From Lama guanicoe (taxonomy: Eukaryota): DNA of 20,000 nucleotides. The DNA lies in assembly GCA_013239625.1 (NCBI GenBank), contig MU053418.1:355438-375437 (forward strand), in the 5' to 3' direction. The notes below the pieces were generated by a model. It did not search any database and had not been told where the DNA came from. It saw only the letters and a list, made by a program, of their open reading frames with translations. Positions within the stretch are counted from its first letter, which is position 1. Every line of letters begins with the position of its first letter. The position numbers were made by a program, and so were the translations under genes. Of this stretch, positions 1 to 11,099 are shown piece after piece.

Positions 1-59
1 CGGGGGGGCGGGTTGCCAGGTTACAGGGAACGTGTGTTCAGCATCAGTGTGTGTATTCT

Positions 60-342
60 GAACTCATACCAGGTTAGACTCTAACAGCTGCTCAGAGTTC
101 TCTTCTTCCATATCTTTTCCAGGGATTGGCCTCACCGGTATTTTTTAATTCTAAGTTCTCAGCACCTGTCTGGATTTCCATTTTCATTCACATTTTGGTC
201 TCTGAGAACTTTCAATATTTTGGTCACAGGTTAACAATGCATTTGAAAAGACTTGTTTGTGTTATTGCAGGATGTTTAATTGTTTTGCAATAAGAGAGTA
301 GTTCGGGGTATTGGTCTGCCATTCTGCTAGAAACAGAAGTTT
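60..342 (-). mobile_element. Ancient L1M (L1ME/HAL1-like) 5'-end fragment in a BMS1 intron
   Basis: Ends with ...ggtattggtctgccattctgctagaaacagaagt, resembling the reverse complement of old L1M 5' termini (recalled consensus). Confidence 0.5.
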
Positions 343-1266
343 TCCAGGCATTAGTTTTTCTATAAAATAGTTAATAAAATTTGAATCATGTTGCCATGAA
401 TTTCTCTTAAAATACATTTTAGGATGGTCATACCTGTTGTCCAGTCTGTGGTTCTTACTCTTTTTCTGAGAAGATTTCTCTGGTTTCTTTCATTCTAAAG
501 CATTTTGGTTTCTTAGAATATTGAATATTGTTGTGGGTGATGTCTTTAATAATAAATGTAAAGACATAGGAAAATATTCTCTACAGAGTTGTCAATCTTG
601 GTAAAGGCCTAGGGCAAAAGTTTCAACTTATTAACTATTTCTGAGGCAGTTAAAAATATTGGTCATTTCAATTTAAGCATAGAATTTGGTTAGCTTGAAA
701 ATTGAATGTAGAGAGAGTTTTGCCTTCCTTTGTTGTTTAAATCTCACTTTTCTCAACCAGCCTTCTAGTAGAAACAGAATAAAGTTAAACTTCTTAATGA
801 GAATCAGAGATGTGGACACTTTGGCTGCTCATTGGAGGAAGAACTATGTCCTTAAATCCAGAGAGGTTGATAGTCAAGATGAAGAGCTAGATGATGATTA
901 TTAGGCTAGAAAAAAATATCTCAATGCCCCAAAGATGAAGCCTGAATTTTCCATTAAAAGAAACTTTGGATCTTCTCATTTGCTCTGTTGAGACCCTGCT
1001 GTCCATAATGTAGAAATGGATACAGTTGGTTTCTTGGAAGAATTGTAAATACGTATGTTGTTTGTTTTGCCTGGAGCTGTGTGTGCCCATTGAGCCGACT
1101 TTTATTTGATGGATGATTGAGTCGCCATTTCTGATGGTCAGCAAACTCTGGTGTTACTGATCTTGTGGAAAAAGTCAATCCATTGAGAAGAGTTTATGCA
1201 AGTTTTAAATGCACATAGATCATAATTTAAATATGTCACAGTCTTTGTTTTATTTTTCTTTTTCAG

Positions 1267-1428
1267 CCAATCATGAGGCAAAAGAAACATTTTAATTCAC
1301 TCCACATTCCGAAAGCCTTGCAGAAGGCCCTGCCTTTTAAGAACAAGCCCAAAACCCAAGGAAAGGCAGGCAAGATTCCGAAGGACAGACGGAGACCAGC
1401 CGTCATACGGGAGCCTCATGAAAGGAAG
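1267..1428 (+). CDS. BMS1: BMS1 ribosome biogenesis factor, penultimate coding exon (162 nt, phase 0/0)
   Basis: Pyrimidine tract plus AG at 1265-1266 and GT donor at 1429-1430 (AAG|gtactg). Translates PIMRQKKHFNSLHIPKALQKALPFKNKPKTQGKAGKIPKDRRRPAVIREPHERK, matching the recalled mammalian BMS1 C-terminal region. Confidence 0.96.
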
Positions 1429-1962
1429 GTACTGTCGACCAGTGGCTTCCAGCACGTGGCATTTAGATGTGAAAATAATGCTTTTAGTAACACACTTGGC
1501 ATTTCTACTGCATTCTTATTTTTCATCAGAAAAGGATAGGAGCCAGACTTATTCGAGGCACTTGATCTGGAAGTTAGAGGAAAGGGCAGAGTTCATTTCT
1601 CTTCTTTGGTTTAGTCATGCTCTGCCTTATGCATTTTAATGGAGAGTAACAGGCACACAGCTGGCAAATCACTCTGTCTTCTTTGTACGTCACATCCACA
1701 GAGTGATCAACAAAGGTGGTTTTGTGGTGAAGGCCACTATAAAAATACTTTGCTTAATAAATATGCTTCTCCTTATATTCCAAGCAAGTTAAAATTTCCT
1801 AGTTCAAGATAAATTTTCACTAGGTTAATATTCATTTGGCTCATGAACTGACTCTAGTTTTGATATGGTCAGCTGAGGTGTTTAGGCCTCCTGAAATTTA
1901 GAAGGAAAGCGCGCTGTAACCGGAGGAATATTCTGATGCTCACTGGATTGTATCCTTGATAG

Positions 1963-2193
1963 ATCCTTGCGTTGCTGGATGCTCTGAGTACAGTGCACAG
2001 TCAGAAGATGAAGAAAGCCAAGGAGCAACAGCATCTACAGAACAAAGAACACTTCAAAATGAAGCAGAAGGAGGAAGAGGAGAAACTGAAGCGACAGAAG
2101 GACCTCAGGAAGAAGGTCTTCCGAATTCAGGGTCAGAAAGAAAGAAGAAATCAGAAGTCCAGCCTGAAGGGGCCCAAGGAGCAGTCGAAGTGA
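1963..2193 (+). CDS. BMS1: BMS1 last coding exon (CDS part, stop TGA 2191-2193)
   Basis: Acceptor ttgatag (AG 1961-1962) after a 534-nt intron. In-frame continuation ILALLDALSTVHSQKMKKAKEQQHLQNKEHFKMKQKEEEEKLKRQKDLRKKVFRIQGQKERRNQKSSLKGPKEQSK*, matching the recalled BMS1 C-terminus. Confidence 0.96.
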   Translation: MLALLDALSTVHSQKMKKAKEQQHLQNKEHFKMKQKEEEEKLKRQKDLRKKVFRIQGQKERRNQKSSLKGPKEQSK

Positions 2194-2467
2194 GCTCCAG
2201 ACAGACAGGCTAGTTTGAATCTGCACTGATGAATGGTTTCATATATTGTAGTACTTGTAAATAACAAGTCAGGGGGTTGGAGCCTAAAAACGACCTCTTT
2301 GTTGGGTATAACGCCCAGACTGTGCCTTTGAGAGGAGAAATGGCAGGACGCCTGTTCATTCTCAACATCTAGGTTATGTCAACATAAAGCAATATAATTT
2401 ATGGTTCTCTAGATCCTCTCACATTCCTCTTACCTGTCTTAGTTTAATCTTGTGCTACAAAAATATC

Positions 2468-2473
2468 ATTAAA
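2468..2473 (+). terminator. Candidate BMS1 polyadenylation signal (ATTAAA)
   Basis: ATTAAA about 275 nt after the stop codon, followed by T/GT-rich sequence (ttttcttgttaattttggcttagtagttttc). Position is inferred; there is no transcript evidence. Confidence 0.5.
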
Positions 2474-3194
2474 ATATTTTCTTGTTAATTTTGGCTTAGT
2501 AGTTTTCATTAGGGATGAATGCTTGATAATTGTTTATTCTGCCGCCTTCCTGATGAGTCTTCCAGAAGGGAAAAAATATTAATTTGAATCCTCAGCTTTA
2601 AGGTAAAATTTTAGAGAAAGATATATAGTTATTTTTGTTTTTTTTGTCTGTCATATGTTATATTCTCTGATCATTGACCCTCATGGGCATTGGCCATCTT
2701 ATTTCACATGTTTTGCATGACAGTGTAACAGCTAGAACAGTAAGCACTGTTTTAATGTTTTAGACCGGGGATGACGTCTGTGGAGGCAGGAATGCTGCCT
2801 GAAGCTCAGGTCGATACACTGTCTGGGCCTAAAATGCACTCGTGATAGACATCAGCACCTACCTGGGAGTGGCTGGAATCATCTAGGAAGGGATCAAGAT
2901 GAAATACAGCCAGGTCTTAGTCCAGCATTCTTTCCCATAGTTCAGTATCTTCATGTTCCTCAAAGAAGATCACTGAGTGCAACCCACATATGCCGACCAG
3001 CACCCGAGAAGCTCAAGTGATCCTGCTGAGATGTTCACTTGACTAAAAGCCGAGCAGGTCCAGCTAAGCAAGGCTGTGCACGGAAACCAAATATGTGACA
3101 TGAACAGAGAGGGCAACTTGTCTTTCCCAATGCCTTAGACTACCACGCGCAGACTTGACTACCCCGGTGCTAAGTGCAAGGAGGGTCTGGGCTC

Positions 3195-3335
3195 ATTGTG
3201 GCGTAACTCTGGGCAAGCTCCTGAGCATCTTTTGAGGTTCAGCTTTCTTATCTGTAATACGGGGACTGATAGACCAGTCTTGCAGTTTGTGAGGATTTAA
3301 TGAGGCTAAATGCAATGTGACTGGTACAGAACAGA
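3195..3335 (+). mobile_element. MIR SINE
   Basis: tctgggcaagctcctg...ttcagctttcttatctgtaatacgggg...gtgaggatttaatgag resembles the MIR core (ttgggcaagttact...cagtttcctcatctgtaaaatgggg...gtgaggattaaatgag). Confidence 0.7.
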
Positions 3336-3339
3336 TTTT

Positions 3340-5345
3340 TAAATTTTTTTATTTCCCTTTCTGGTCCCATTTTGAAAAGTTGTATGAGTCTGAATCTTAA
3401 CATTTATATAGACTTTAACACATACCTGAATATTCAAGTAACCACCACCACCGTCAAGATACTCAACAGTCCCGTCTCTCCAGAGCATTCCCTCATGCTA
3501 TGTAGCCCAAGCCTTCCCCTCCCCCAAGCCCCACTAACTACTGTCATGTTGATTTCATCGCCACAGCTTTGTCATTTCAAGAATGTCATGTAAGTAGAAC
3601 AGTACAGCATGTAATCTTTTGAAACTGGCATCATGTCTTTGAGATTTCATCCCAATTGTCCTCTGTGTCAGTGATGTGTCTCTTTTGATTGCTAAATAGT
3701 AACCAGCTGTACAGAGAGACCACAGTTGATTATCCATTCACCAATGGACTGGCATTATGGTTGTTTCCAGTTTTTGGCAATTATGAATATAACTGCAATA
3801 AACATCTGTGTAGAGGTCTTTGGGTAACTAAGTTTTCATTACTCCAGGGTAAAAATATCCAGGAGTAGGACTCCTGGCTCATACACTTTAAAAGAACTGT
3901 CAGACTTTTCCGAAGGAAAGTTTGTTTTTGAAGAATGATTGACTTGTGTGTGTTGAACTTATATTCTGTTTTGCATTCCCACCAGCTAGAGGGTATGTAG
4001 TAGTACCTCACTGTGGTTTTAAAAAATGTGTATTTGCCTAATGAACAATAATATTGAGCATCTTTTCATATGCGTATTTGCCTTTCATATACTGTGTCCT
4101 CTTTGGTGAAGTTTATGTTCAAGTCTTGTCTACTTTTTATTTGGATCACTTTCTTATTGTTGATTTTGAGAATTCTTTATATATTTTGGAAGAAGTCCTT
4201 TGTCAGGTGATTTGCAAATACTTTCTCCTAGTCTATAACTGTCTTTTCATTCTCTTAATAATGTCTTTGCAAAATTTAGACTATTTGTCAAGACTAATGT
4301 ATTAAGTTTTTAAAATGAATTGTGCATTTGATGTCATGACCAAGAACTCTTTTCCTAACCCCAGGACATGAAGATTTTCTCCTGTGTTTTCTTCTAAAAG
4401 GTTTTAGCTTTATGATTTTAATTTTGAGTTAGCTTTTGTTAAGGTGTGAGATTTAGATTGGGTTGTTTCTTTAACTTACAGACAACCAGTTGTTTGTAAT
4501 ACCATTTGTGGAAGGGTTATCCTTTCTCCATTGAAATACTTTTGCATCCTTGTCAGAAAGCAGTTGGGCACATTTGTGAGGGTGTATTTCTGGGCTGTCT
4601 GTTCTGTTCCATTGATAGGTCTCTCCCTTTGCCACACAATCTTGATTATCGTAGCTTTACGATACTCTTAAAATTGGGAAGTGTGATTCCTCTAGATGAA
4701 TTTAGTCTTCTTTTTCAAAATTGTTGCAGCTGTTCTAGGGCCTTTCCCTTTTGGTGTATGTTAATAAGCTTGTTTATATTTACCAAAAAATCCTATTGTG
4801 GTTTTGAGTGTATTAAAACTATAGATCAATTTGGAGAGAATTAACATCTTTATTCTGTTGAGTCTTCCAGTCCATGAATGTGGTGTATCTCTCCACTTAC
4901 TTAGGGCTTTTTGGGTTTCAAATTGTTTACTGCTAGTGTTTTGGGAAATGACTGACTTTTGTGTGTTGAACTTATATTCCATAACTTTAGTAGACCCATT
5001 TATTTGTTAGAGATCTTTTTTAAGGGAGGGTAACAAATTCCTTGGGATGTTATACTTAGACTATCATGTTGTCAACAAGTAGAGACAGTTTTTATTCCTT
5101 CCTTTCCAACTGTTTGGCCTTTTTTTTCTTTCTTGATGTATTACACTGGCTAGGACTTCCGGTGTAATGTAGAACTGAAGTGGTGACTGTGGGCATCCTT
5201 GCTTTGTTCCCAATTTTTTTTGTAGATGCTTTTTCTCATTTTGAGGAAACTACTTTCTGTGCCTGGTTCACTGGGAATCTTTATCATCAATGAGTGTTGG
5301 ATTTTGCCAAATGCTTTTCTGCATCAATTTATATAATCATGTTCC
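3340..5345 (-). mobile_element. Old LINE-1 (L1M) 3' UTR plus decayed ORF2 fragment
   Basis: T-rich + strand. Minus-strand translations give L1 ORF2-like remnants (LSKWRDTPHSWTGRLNRIKMLILSKLIYSFNT; MRYYYIP; GYYLAIKR) interrupted by stops and frameshifts. Confidence 0.9.
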
Positions 5346-5349
5346 TTGG

Positions 5350-5640
5350 CGGGAACAGGGAAGACTTTCCTGAGTGCTCTCTGCACCTATGCCCACCTCG
5401 GGCTGAATTCAGGCCTCCAAGAGTAGGGACAGCTGTGAGCTGCGAGTGAAGGGAAAATGGTAAAACTCACCACCAGCTCAGTGCTACTTTGAATGATGGT
5501 CTCCCGCCCCAATTCTGCTATTATTTGATCTCAAAGTCCTCAAATAGCTTCTCCATGCATTCTGTTTATCTTTTATAGTTGCATTTCAGTGAGAGACACA
5601 GTGAAATGTACCTACTCTGTTTTCCCCTGAATTAAAATTC
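5350..5640 (-). mobile_element. L1M 5'-end fragment
   Basis: aagtcctcaaatagcttctccatgcattctgt...tatagttgcatttcagtgagagaca...tacctactctgtttt resembles the reverse complement of old L1M 5' ends (recalled). Confidence 0.6.
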
Positions 5641-5689
5641 CCTTTGTTTTTCTCCTTAAAGCAGATTCCTACAAGTGAGATCCTGGGAC

Positions 5690-6935
5690 CATTTTTTAAA
5701 AATGCGTTTTTAATTCTGAAATAGATTCACAGGAAGTTGCCAAAAAGTACAGGAAGTTTCCTTATGCCAGTTAGCCAGCTTCCTCCAGTGCTAATGCTGC
5801 ATAACGGTAATACAGTATCAAAATCAGGAAACTGACCTTGGTACAATCCACAGAGCTTATTCGGGTCTCATGAGTTATTCATGTACTAATTTGTGTGTGT
5901 GCTATTTTGTGCGATATTTTATCACGTGTGATACGTCACAGTGTATCATGTATCACAATCATGATACATAACTGTACCATCACTACAAGGCCTCCACACA
6001 CTACCACTTTATAGCCACGAAGCCCTCACCCCACTCACCCCATCCCTAACTTCTAGCAACTATTAACCTGTTTTCGATCTCTTTAACTATATTACTTCAC
6101 AACTTTGTGGAATCATATAGCATGTGGCTTTTAAAATTGACTCATTTCACTCCGCATCATTTTCTTGAGTTCATCCAAGTTGTCACAAGTGTCTACAGTC
6201 CCTTCCTTCTTGATGCTGGATGGTATTCCACAACATCTGTTACATTCTACAGTTTGTTCAGCATTCACCATTGAAAGACACTTGACTAGTTCCCAGTTTG
6301 GGGCTATTACAAATAAGGCTGCTCTGAACATTCATGAATAAGATGCTGTGTAAAAAATTAGTTTGCATTTCTTCAGTATAAATGCCCAAGATTGCATTTT
6401 CTGGGTCAAGTGGTAAGTCCATTTTTAGTTTTAAAAGGAACTGCCAAACTGTTTTCCAGAGTGGCTGAACCATTTTACATCCTCACCAGCAATGCTTTGG
6501 TTCTCTGCATCCTTGGGAGCATTTGGCGTTATCACTTTTTAAAGCCATTCTAATGATAAGTAGTCATAATTTGTTGGGGTTCTAATTCACACTTCTCTAA
6601 TGGCTAATGGGATTGACCATCTTTTCATGTGCTTATTTGCCATCTGTGTATCCTCTTTGGTCAAATATCAGTTCATGTCTTTTGTACATTTTCAATTTTG
6701 TTTATTTAATGTTGGCTTCTAGGAGTTCTTTGTAAATTCTAGACATAAGTTCTTTGTTAGTTTTGTGATTTACAAGTATTTTATCCCATCTGAAATTTGT
6801 CTTTTCACCATCTTAACAGGACCTTTTGTAGATTAAAAAAAAAAACAATTAATTTTGATGAAGGTGGTCCATTTATCAATTTCTCCTTTTATGGACTATA
6901 CTTTTTGGTGTTAAATCTAAGAACTCTTTGCCTAG
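5690..6935 (-). mobile_element. Old LINE-1 (L1MB/MC-like) 3' UTR and ORF2 C-terminus
   Basis: Minus-strand ORF remnants MVQPLWKTVWQFLLKLKMDLPLDPENAILGIY and MFRAALFVIAPNW are typical of the L1 ORF2 C-terminal domain. Confidence 0.92.
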
Positions 6936-6944
6936 TCTCTCCCC

Positions 6945-7069
6945 TCCCCTTCTGCCAGTACCTTGATCTTGGACTTCTCAGCCTCCAGAACTGTAAGAAA
7001 GAAATTTCTGTTGTTTAAGCCACCCAGTTTATGGTATTTTTGTTTTAGGAGACCAAATGGACTAAGACA
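6945..7069 (+). mobile_element. MaLR LTR (MLT1-type) 3' fragment
   Basis: ccttgatcttggacttctcagcctccagaactgtaagaaagaaatttctgttgtttaagccacccagtttatggtatttt...gactaagaca is the characteristic MLT1 LTR 3' end, terminating in ACA. Confidence 0.88.
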
Positions 7070-7266
7070 ATGGGAGGTAAAAAGAAAACCCAGGAGCTCA
7101 GTGCAGTGTCATCCCTCAAGTCCTCTGCTTCCCGGCTAGTCTGCCTTCCTCCTTCCACCTTAGAGATTCCTTTCATGCTTGTCTGTCAGATGATTTCCAG
7201 TGCATTTAGTTATATTTAGAGGGAAGAAGTAGGAACAGGTGAGTGTACAGCATCTTGTCACGGAAT
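7070..7266 (-). mobile_element. L1M 5'-end fragment
   Basis: cccaggagctca...ctagtctgccttcctccttccacctt...gggaagaagtaggaacaggtgagtgtacagcatcttgtcacggaa resembles the reverse complement of old L1M 5' termini (recalled). Confidence 0.6.
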
Positions 7267-8079
7267 GCCCTGTCAAGCATCTGGAACATGTCGCCGCCAT
7301 GTCTGTCCCCTGGGAAAGCCGTAACAATTCAGACCTCACCAGAATTGTATGCATCCACTTTCTTCAACCATGAAAACATCTGTTGTGATTTGTGTTTTTA
7401 AATTTTGCTTTTGTTCCTAATAATATGACTAATTAATATGGAACGCTGACTCTAGTCTGTGAACCCAAAGCTTGGAGATGCCACAAAAGGGATGATTAGT
7501 TGACAGATCCCAGAACAAAGACAAAAATCCCCAGGGAGGCAGAGCCCAGTGGGGTGTGTGAGGGGAGGGGAGGTGCATTGGAGAGTGGAAACGGCTACTC
7601 AGCCTACCCAGGGCCAGGCTGGAGCAGCTCCACTTCTGCCTGTACCGCCCTGAGGTCACTGCCTGCCCAGGGCTGCGCCCATGAGGAAGAGACCCTATAC
7701 TAGACACAGGCGTCCAGGCAATGCCAGAGCAACCCAGAAGCTACCTGGAGTGAGCGCCACACCACCTGGGCAGGTAGCTGGCTACCTCCCCATCCTAGAG
7801 GACAATCAATTGCAGTGCAGGTTGACAGCCCCTGGACAGAGACAGCACCCAGGCTGGAAGGACAGGGAAGTTCCCTTAGGGCCAGAGTGGCCCCGAGGTG
7901 ATGAGCAGAAAGCGGAGAATAAGCCAGGTTATCTCACCCCACGCTCTGCCCTGCGGAGTGCCCTGCCCGCCTTCCCTAAAGGTATCTGGGAGGTGCTGCC
8001 AGGGGCCAAGGCTCCCCATTCCTCCTCCCTAGTGTACTTGACCAGCTATGGTGGCTGACCTTCCTCAAGGAAAGTGAGC

Positions 8080-8528
8080 AGCTGTAGGAAAAAATGAGAC
8101 AAGAGAGAAGAGGAAGCTCTGAGAGGGAAAGACCACAAACTGAACACCAGAGGGAGCAGGTAAATAGACAAGACAGCAAAAGCATTTATATGCGCATAAT
8201 AAATACCCTCAAGAGGATATTGGAAATACGAGGCTAGATGAGGCAGTTATGAAGAAGAAACAACTAGGGATAATGGGCGTGAAAAATGTAAGTGCCTGAA
8301 ATGATTAACTAGATGGGAGGGCTAGAGGGCAGAAGAACAAATGAACGAAGGGATATCAGGCTGGGGGCTCTTCTAGAAGACACAAGGAGGGGGCCAATGA
8401 GACGGAGAATTAAGGAGGGATGGGGGTGAGAACGGAAAACGTTCACATTTATCTAATATGAGTGCCAGGAAGAGAGGAAAAGATAGACAGATAAGAGGAA
8501 ATATTTGAAAAATAACAGAATTTTCCCA
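8080..8528 (+). mobile_element. Very old L1/HAL1 ORF1 remnant
   Basis: A-rich + strand. gaggaaatatttgaaaaataacagaattttccc resembles the L1 ORF1p EEIFEEI..ENFP motif with frameshifts. Confidence 0.5.
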
Positions 8529-8529
8529 T

Positions 8530-9120
8530 TTCCAGGTCTTGCCAGTGATGCATGTGTTCAATGCTTCTAAGTTTTGCCAGTCTGGTGGATACAAGAAATT
8601 TTTCATTATTGCTTAAATTTGCATTTTTATTAGATAACCAGAAGGCTTTGGCGTCTTTTCAAGTTTTTATTGGCCATTCTCATATCTTCTGTAATTTGTG
8701 CATATTCTTTGCTCATTTTTCTGTTGGGTTCTTGGCCATATTGATTTTGTAAAAGCTCCTTATATATTCTGATATAAATCCTGTGGCTGCTTATAAATCT
8801 TATAAATATTTTTCTCTAGCATGACATTTGTCTTTTGACAAGTCCATGATGCCTTTCTTTGTACAGAGGTTTTAAATGTCCATACAATAAAATCTGGTAT
8901 TTTCCCTTTATTTGAGGTTTTGTGTCCTGTTTGGGTGAGTCATTCCTACCTTTTTAACTACAAAAATGACTCTATTTAAAAATCCTCCTATTATAAAAAA
9001 AATCTTTCTATAAGTTTTCTAAATGTTCAGTTTTTATTCTTTAGCTTAAAATACTAAATTAGTAATTATTAAAGTATGACAGCTTCTCAAATTAATATTA
9101 TCAAGCGATTTATTACAGGT
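8530..9120 (-). mobile_element. Old L1 (L1ME-like) ORF2 3' fragment
   Basis: tttattggccattctcatatcttctg...tttgctcatttttctgttggg...ttgattttgtaaaagctccttatatattctgatataaatcc resembles antisense L1 ORF2 3' sequence. Confidence 0.7.
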
Positions 9121-9491
9121 TTTATTTACTTTTATTGATTGACCTACATTTAGTTTAATTATTTTGAAGTACTACATGAATATATTTAGCTTGTAAACAT
9201 TCCAACAACATAAGAAGAGTGTCAAAAGAATGCGTTTTCTCTTTAACTTCCTCGCAAACTCTCTGCTTCACAGTTCGCTGCGCTGATCCATCTGATGTGT
9301 ACTGTCCAGATCTCTTTCAGACACTTACATTCATGTATATTTCTCTTCCTCCGTGTGGTCTTTAAAAAAACACAAATAGGGTTGTTTTGTTCAGAAGATT
9401 TCTGTTTTTAACTATTATATGTGTTTCAGGTGGGTCTTTCAGTATCATTGCAGTGTGTGCATGGGTGTGCGCCTGTGTGCAACGTGCAGAT

Positions 9492-9510
9492 TGTGTGTGT
9501 GTGTGTGTGT
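9492..9510. repeat. (TG)n microsatellite within a TG/CG-rich low-complexity stretch
   Basis: tgtgtgtgtgtgtgtgtgt seen directly. Confidence 0.9.
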
Positions 9511-10198
9511 ACGTGTGATCCTTGTTCGGTTTGTTAATCCTGTGGAAAGAACTGGGGAGCTTCTCATTTTCTCCTGCGCCTTGGTAACATCCGTAACGGT
9601 GATCCCCTGTCCCTGGAGGCAAATGGAGCCCCTCGAATCTCTTCGTTACCTTTTTAGTTCTGTTTATTATTGTTCATTGGCTCTCGTCGTGTCTTACCAG
9701 GGAACCACCCTCCTGCCCTCGCCTGTAGTGAGCTCAGTGGGCGGGAGTCGCAGGGGGGAGATGCATTTCGCCTGGGTTGGGGTGGGGGTCCCACCTCTGT
9801 TGTAGCAGCTGAGACACTGCCCACTTGCCTGCTTCAAGATAGCTCTTGTTGGCCAACTGGCTCCCAACTGGCCTGGGCTCCTGGCCCGCCCACTGTGTGG
9901 AAATGGTCCGAGCAGGGATGAGGAGGAAGGCAGTTTCCTGCAAGGGCGCCAGGGCTCCCCGGGGGGCCCTGCTGCTCTGACACCAGAGTGTCGGCAAGTC
10001 CTACACCCCTTCCTGAGAGCAGGCAGTTCTCCTCCTCAGGGGGCTCTCAGGGTGCCCCCCTCAGCCTGCAGCCCAGTCTCTCTTGCACTCCATTTTACCC
10101 TGCTCCTTCACCTCTTCATCCTCTGTTTTCCCACACCAGCTCACAGCTTCCCTGAGGTTTCTGAGAGCCGATGCTAGCGTGGTGCGGAGTGTGGATTT

Positions 10199-10686
10199 TT
10201 TTTAAAGCAGAGGCTTGAACAGATATTTACACACTCATGTTCACAGCAGCCTTATTCCCAATAGCCAAAAATTAGAAGCACCCTTCAGTAGATGAAGGGA
10301 GAAACAAAATGGAATATGACAGCCTTAAAAAAGAGGAAGAAGATTCCGACATTTGCTACAAGATGGATGAACCTTGAAAATATTATGCTTAGTATAATAA
10401 GCCGGACACAACAGGATAAATTCTATGTGATTCCACTTATGTGAGGTACCTTTAGAAAAGACAAATTCAAAGGAATAGAAAATAGAACAGTGGTTGCCAG
10501 GGGCCGGGGGACGGGAGAGTCCGGGGTTGTCTCATGAGCTGGGGTTTCAGTTTGGGAAAGTGAAAAAGTGCTGGAGGTGGACAGCGCTGGTGGTTGCACA
10601 ATATTGTGAATGTACTTAATGCCACTAAAATGGTTAAATGGAAAGTTTTATGTTATGTATATTTTACCACAACTGAAAAAAAAAAA
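10199..10686 (+). mobile_element. 5'-truncated L1MB-type element with poly(A) tail, nested in a MIR
   Basis: catgttcacagcagccttattcccaatagccaaaa...atggatgaaccttgaaaatattatgcttagt...ggttgcacaatattgtgaatgtacttaatgccact...atgttatgtatattttaccacaa followed by an A-run ending at 10686. Confidence 0.92.
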
Positions 10687-10885
10687 GGCATGGATTTAGG
10701 AGCCAGTCTGCATATTTCAAATCCTGCCTTGGCCACCAAGTCGCACAGCCCTAAGCAGGTTACGAAACCTCCTTGTGCCTCAGTCCTCATCCACACAGTG
10801 GGAATCCTAGTGCCTTAAAGCATGGCTCTGGGGCGCGGGTAACACGGGCAGAGCTGTTAGCGGTCCTGGCCCAGTGTTAGCTGCT
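10687..10885 (+). mobile_element. MIR SINE (its 5' piece lies at ~10175-10198, split off by the L1)
   Basis: ggcatggatttaggagccag...ttcaaatcctgccttggccac...gcaggttac...tgtgcctcagtcctcatc...gtgttagctgcta follows the MIR consensus order. Confidence 0.7.
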
Positions 10886-11099
10886 ACCTGGGCTGGGCTC
10901 CTCCCTGGGGGTGGGCACTGCCAGAAGGGAGCTCAGTTTACCGTCTTGTTTATCCCCAGCCTTCTTCCAGGAGGGCTTAGCCATGCTTCTCCTCCCGGCC
11001 AGGCCTCAGCACCCCTCCCCTGCCCATCGCGCCCTGCTTGTTCCTTGACCCCCAGTAACATCTTGTCCATGCTCAGCTCTAGACTGGCCTCTCCCAGCT

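Noticed and set aside
1429..1539. ORF 1273-1539 extension (VLSTSGFQHVAF...)
   Set aside because: Read-through past the GT donor at 1429 into the intron; BMS1 similarity resumes at 1963.
1956..2226. Overlapping ORFs 1956-2213 (+) and 2035-2226 (-)
   Set aside because: Alternative-frame and antisense shadows of the purine-rich BMS1 last exon, with no independent support.
3372..7018. ORF-track entries within L1 sequence
   Set aside because: Fragments or antisense frames of decayed L1 ORF2 and 3' UTR, not host genes.
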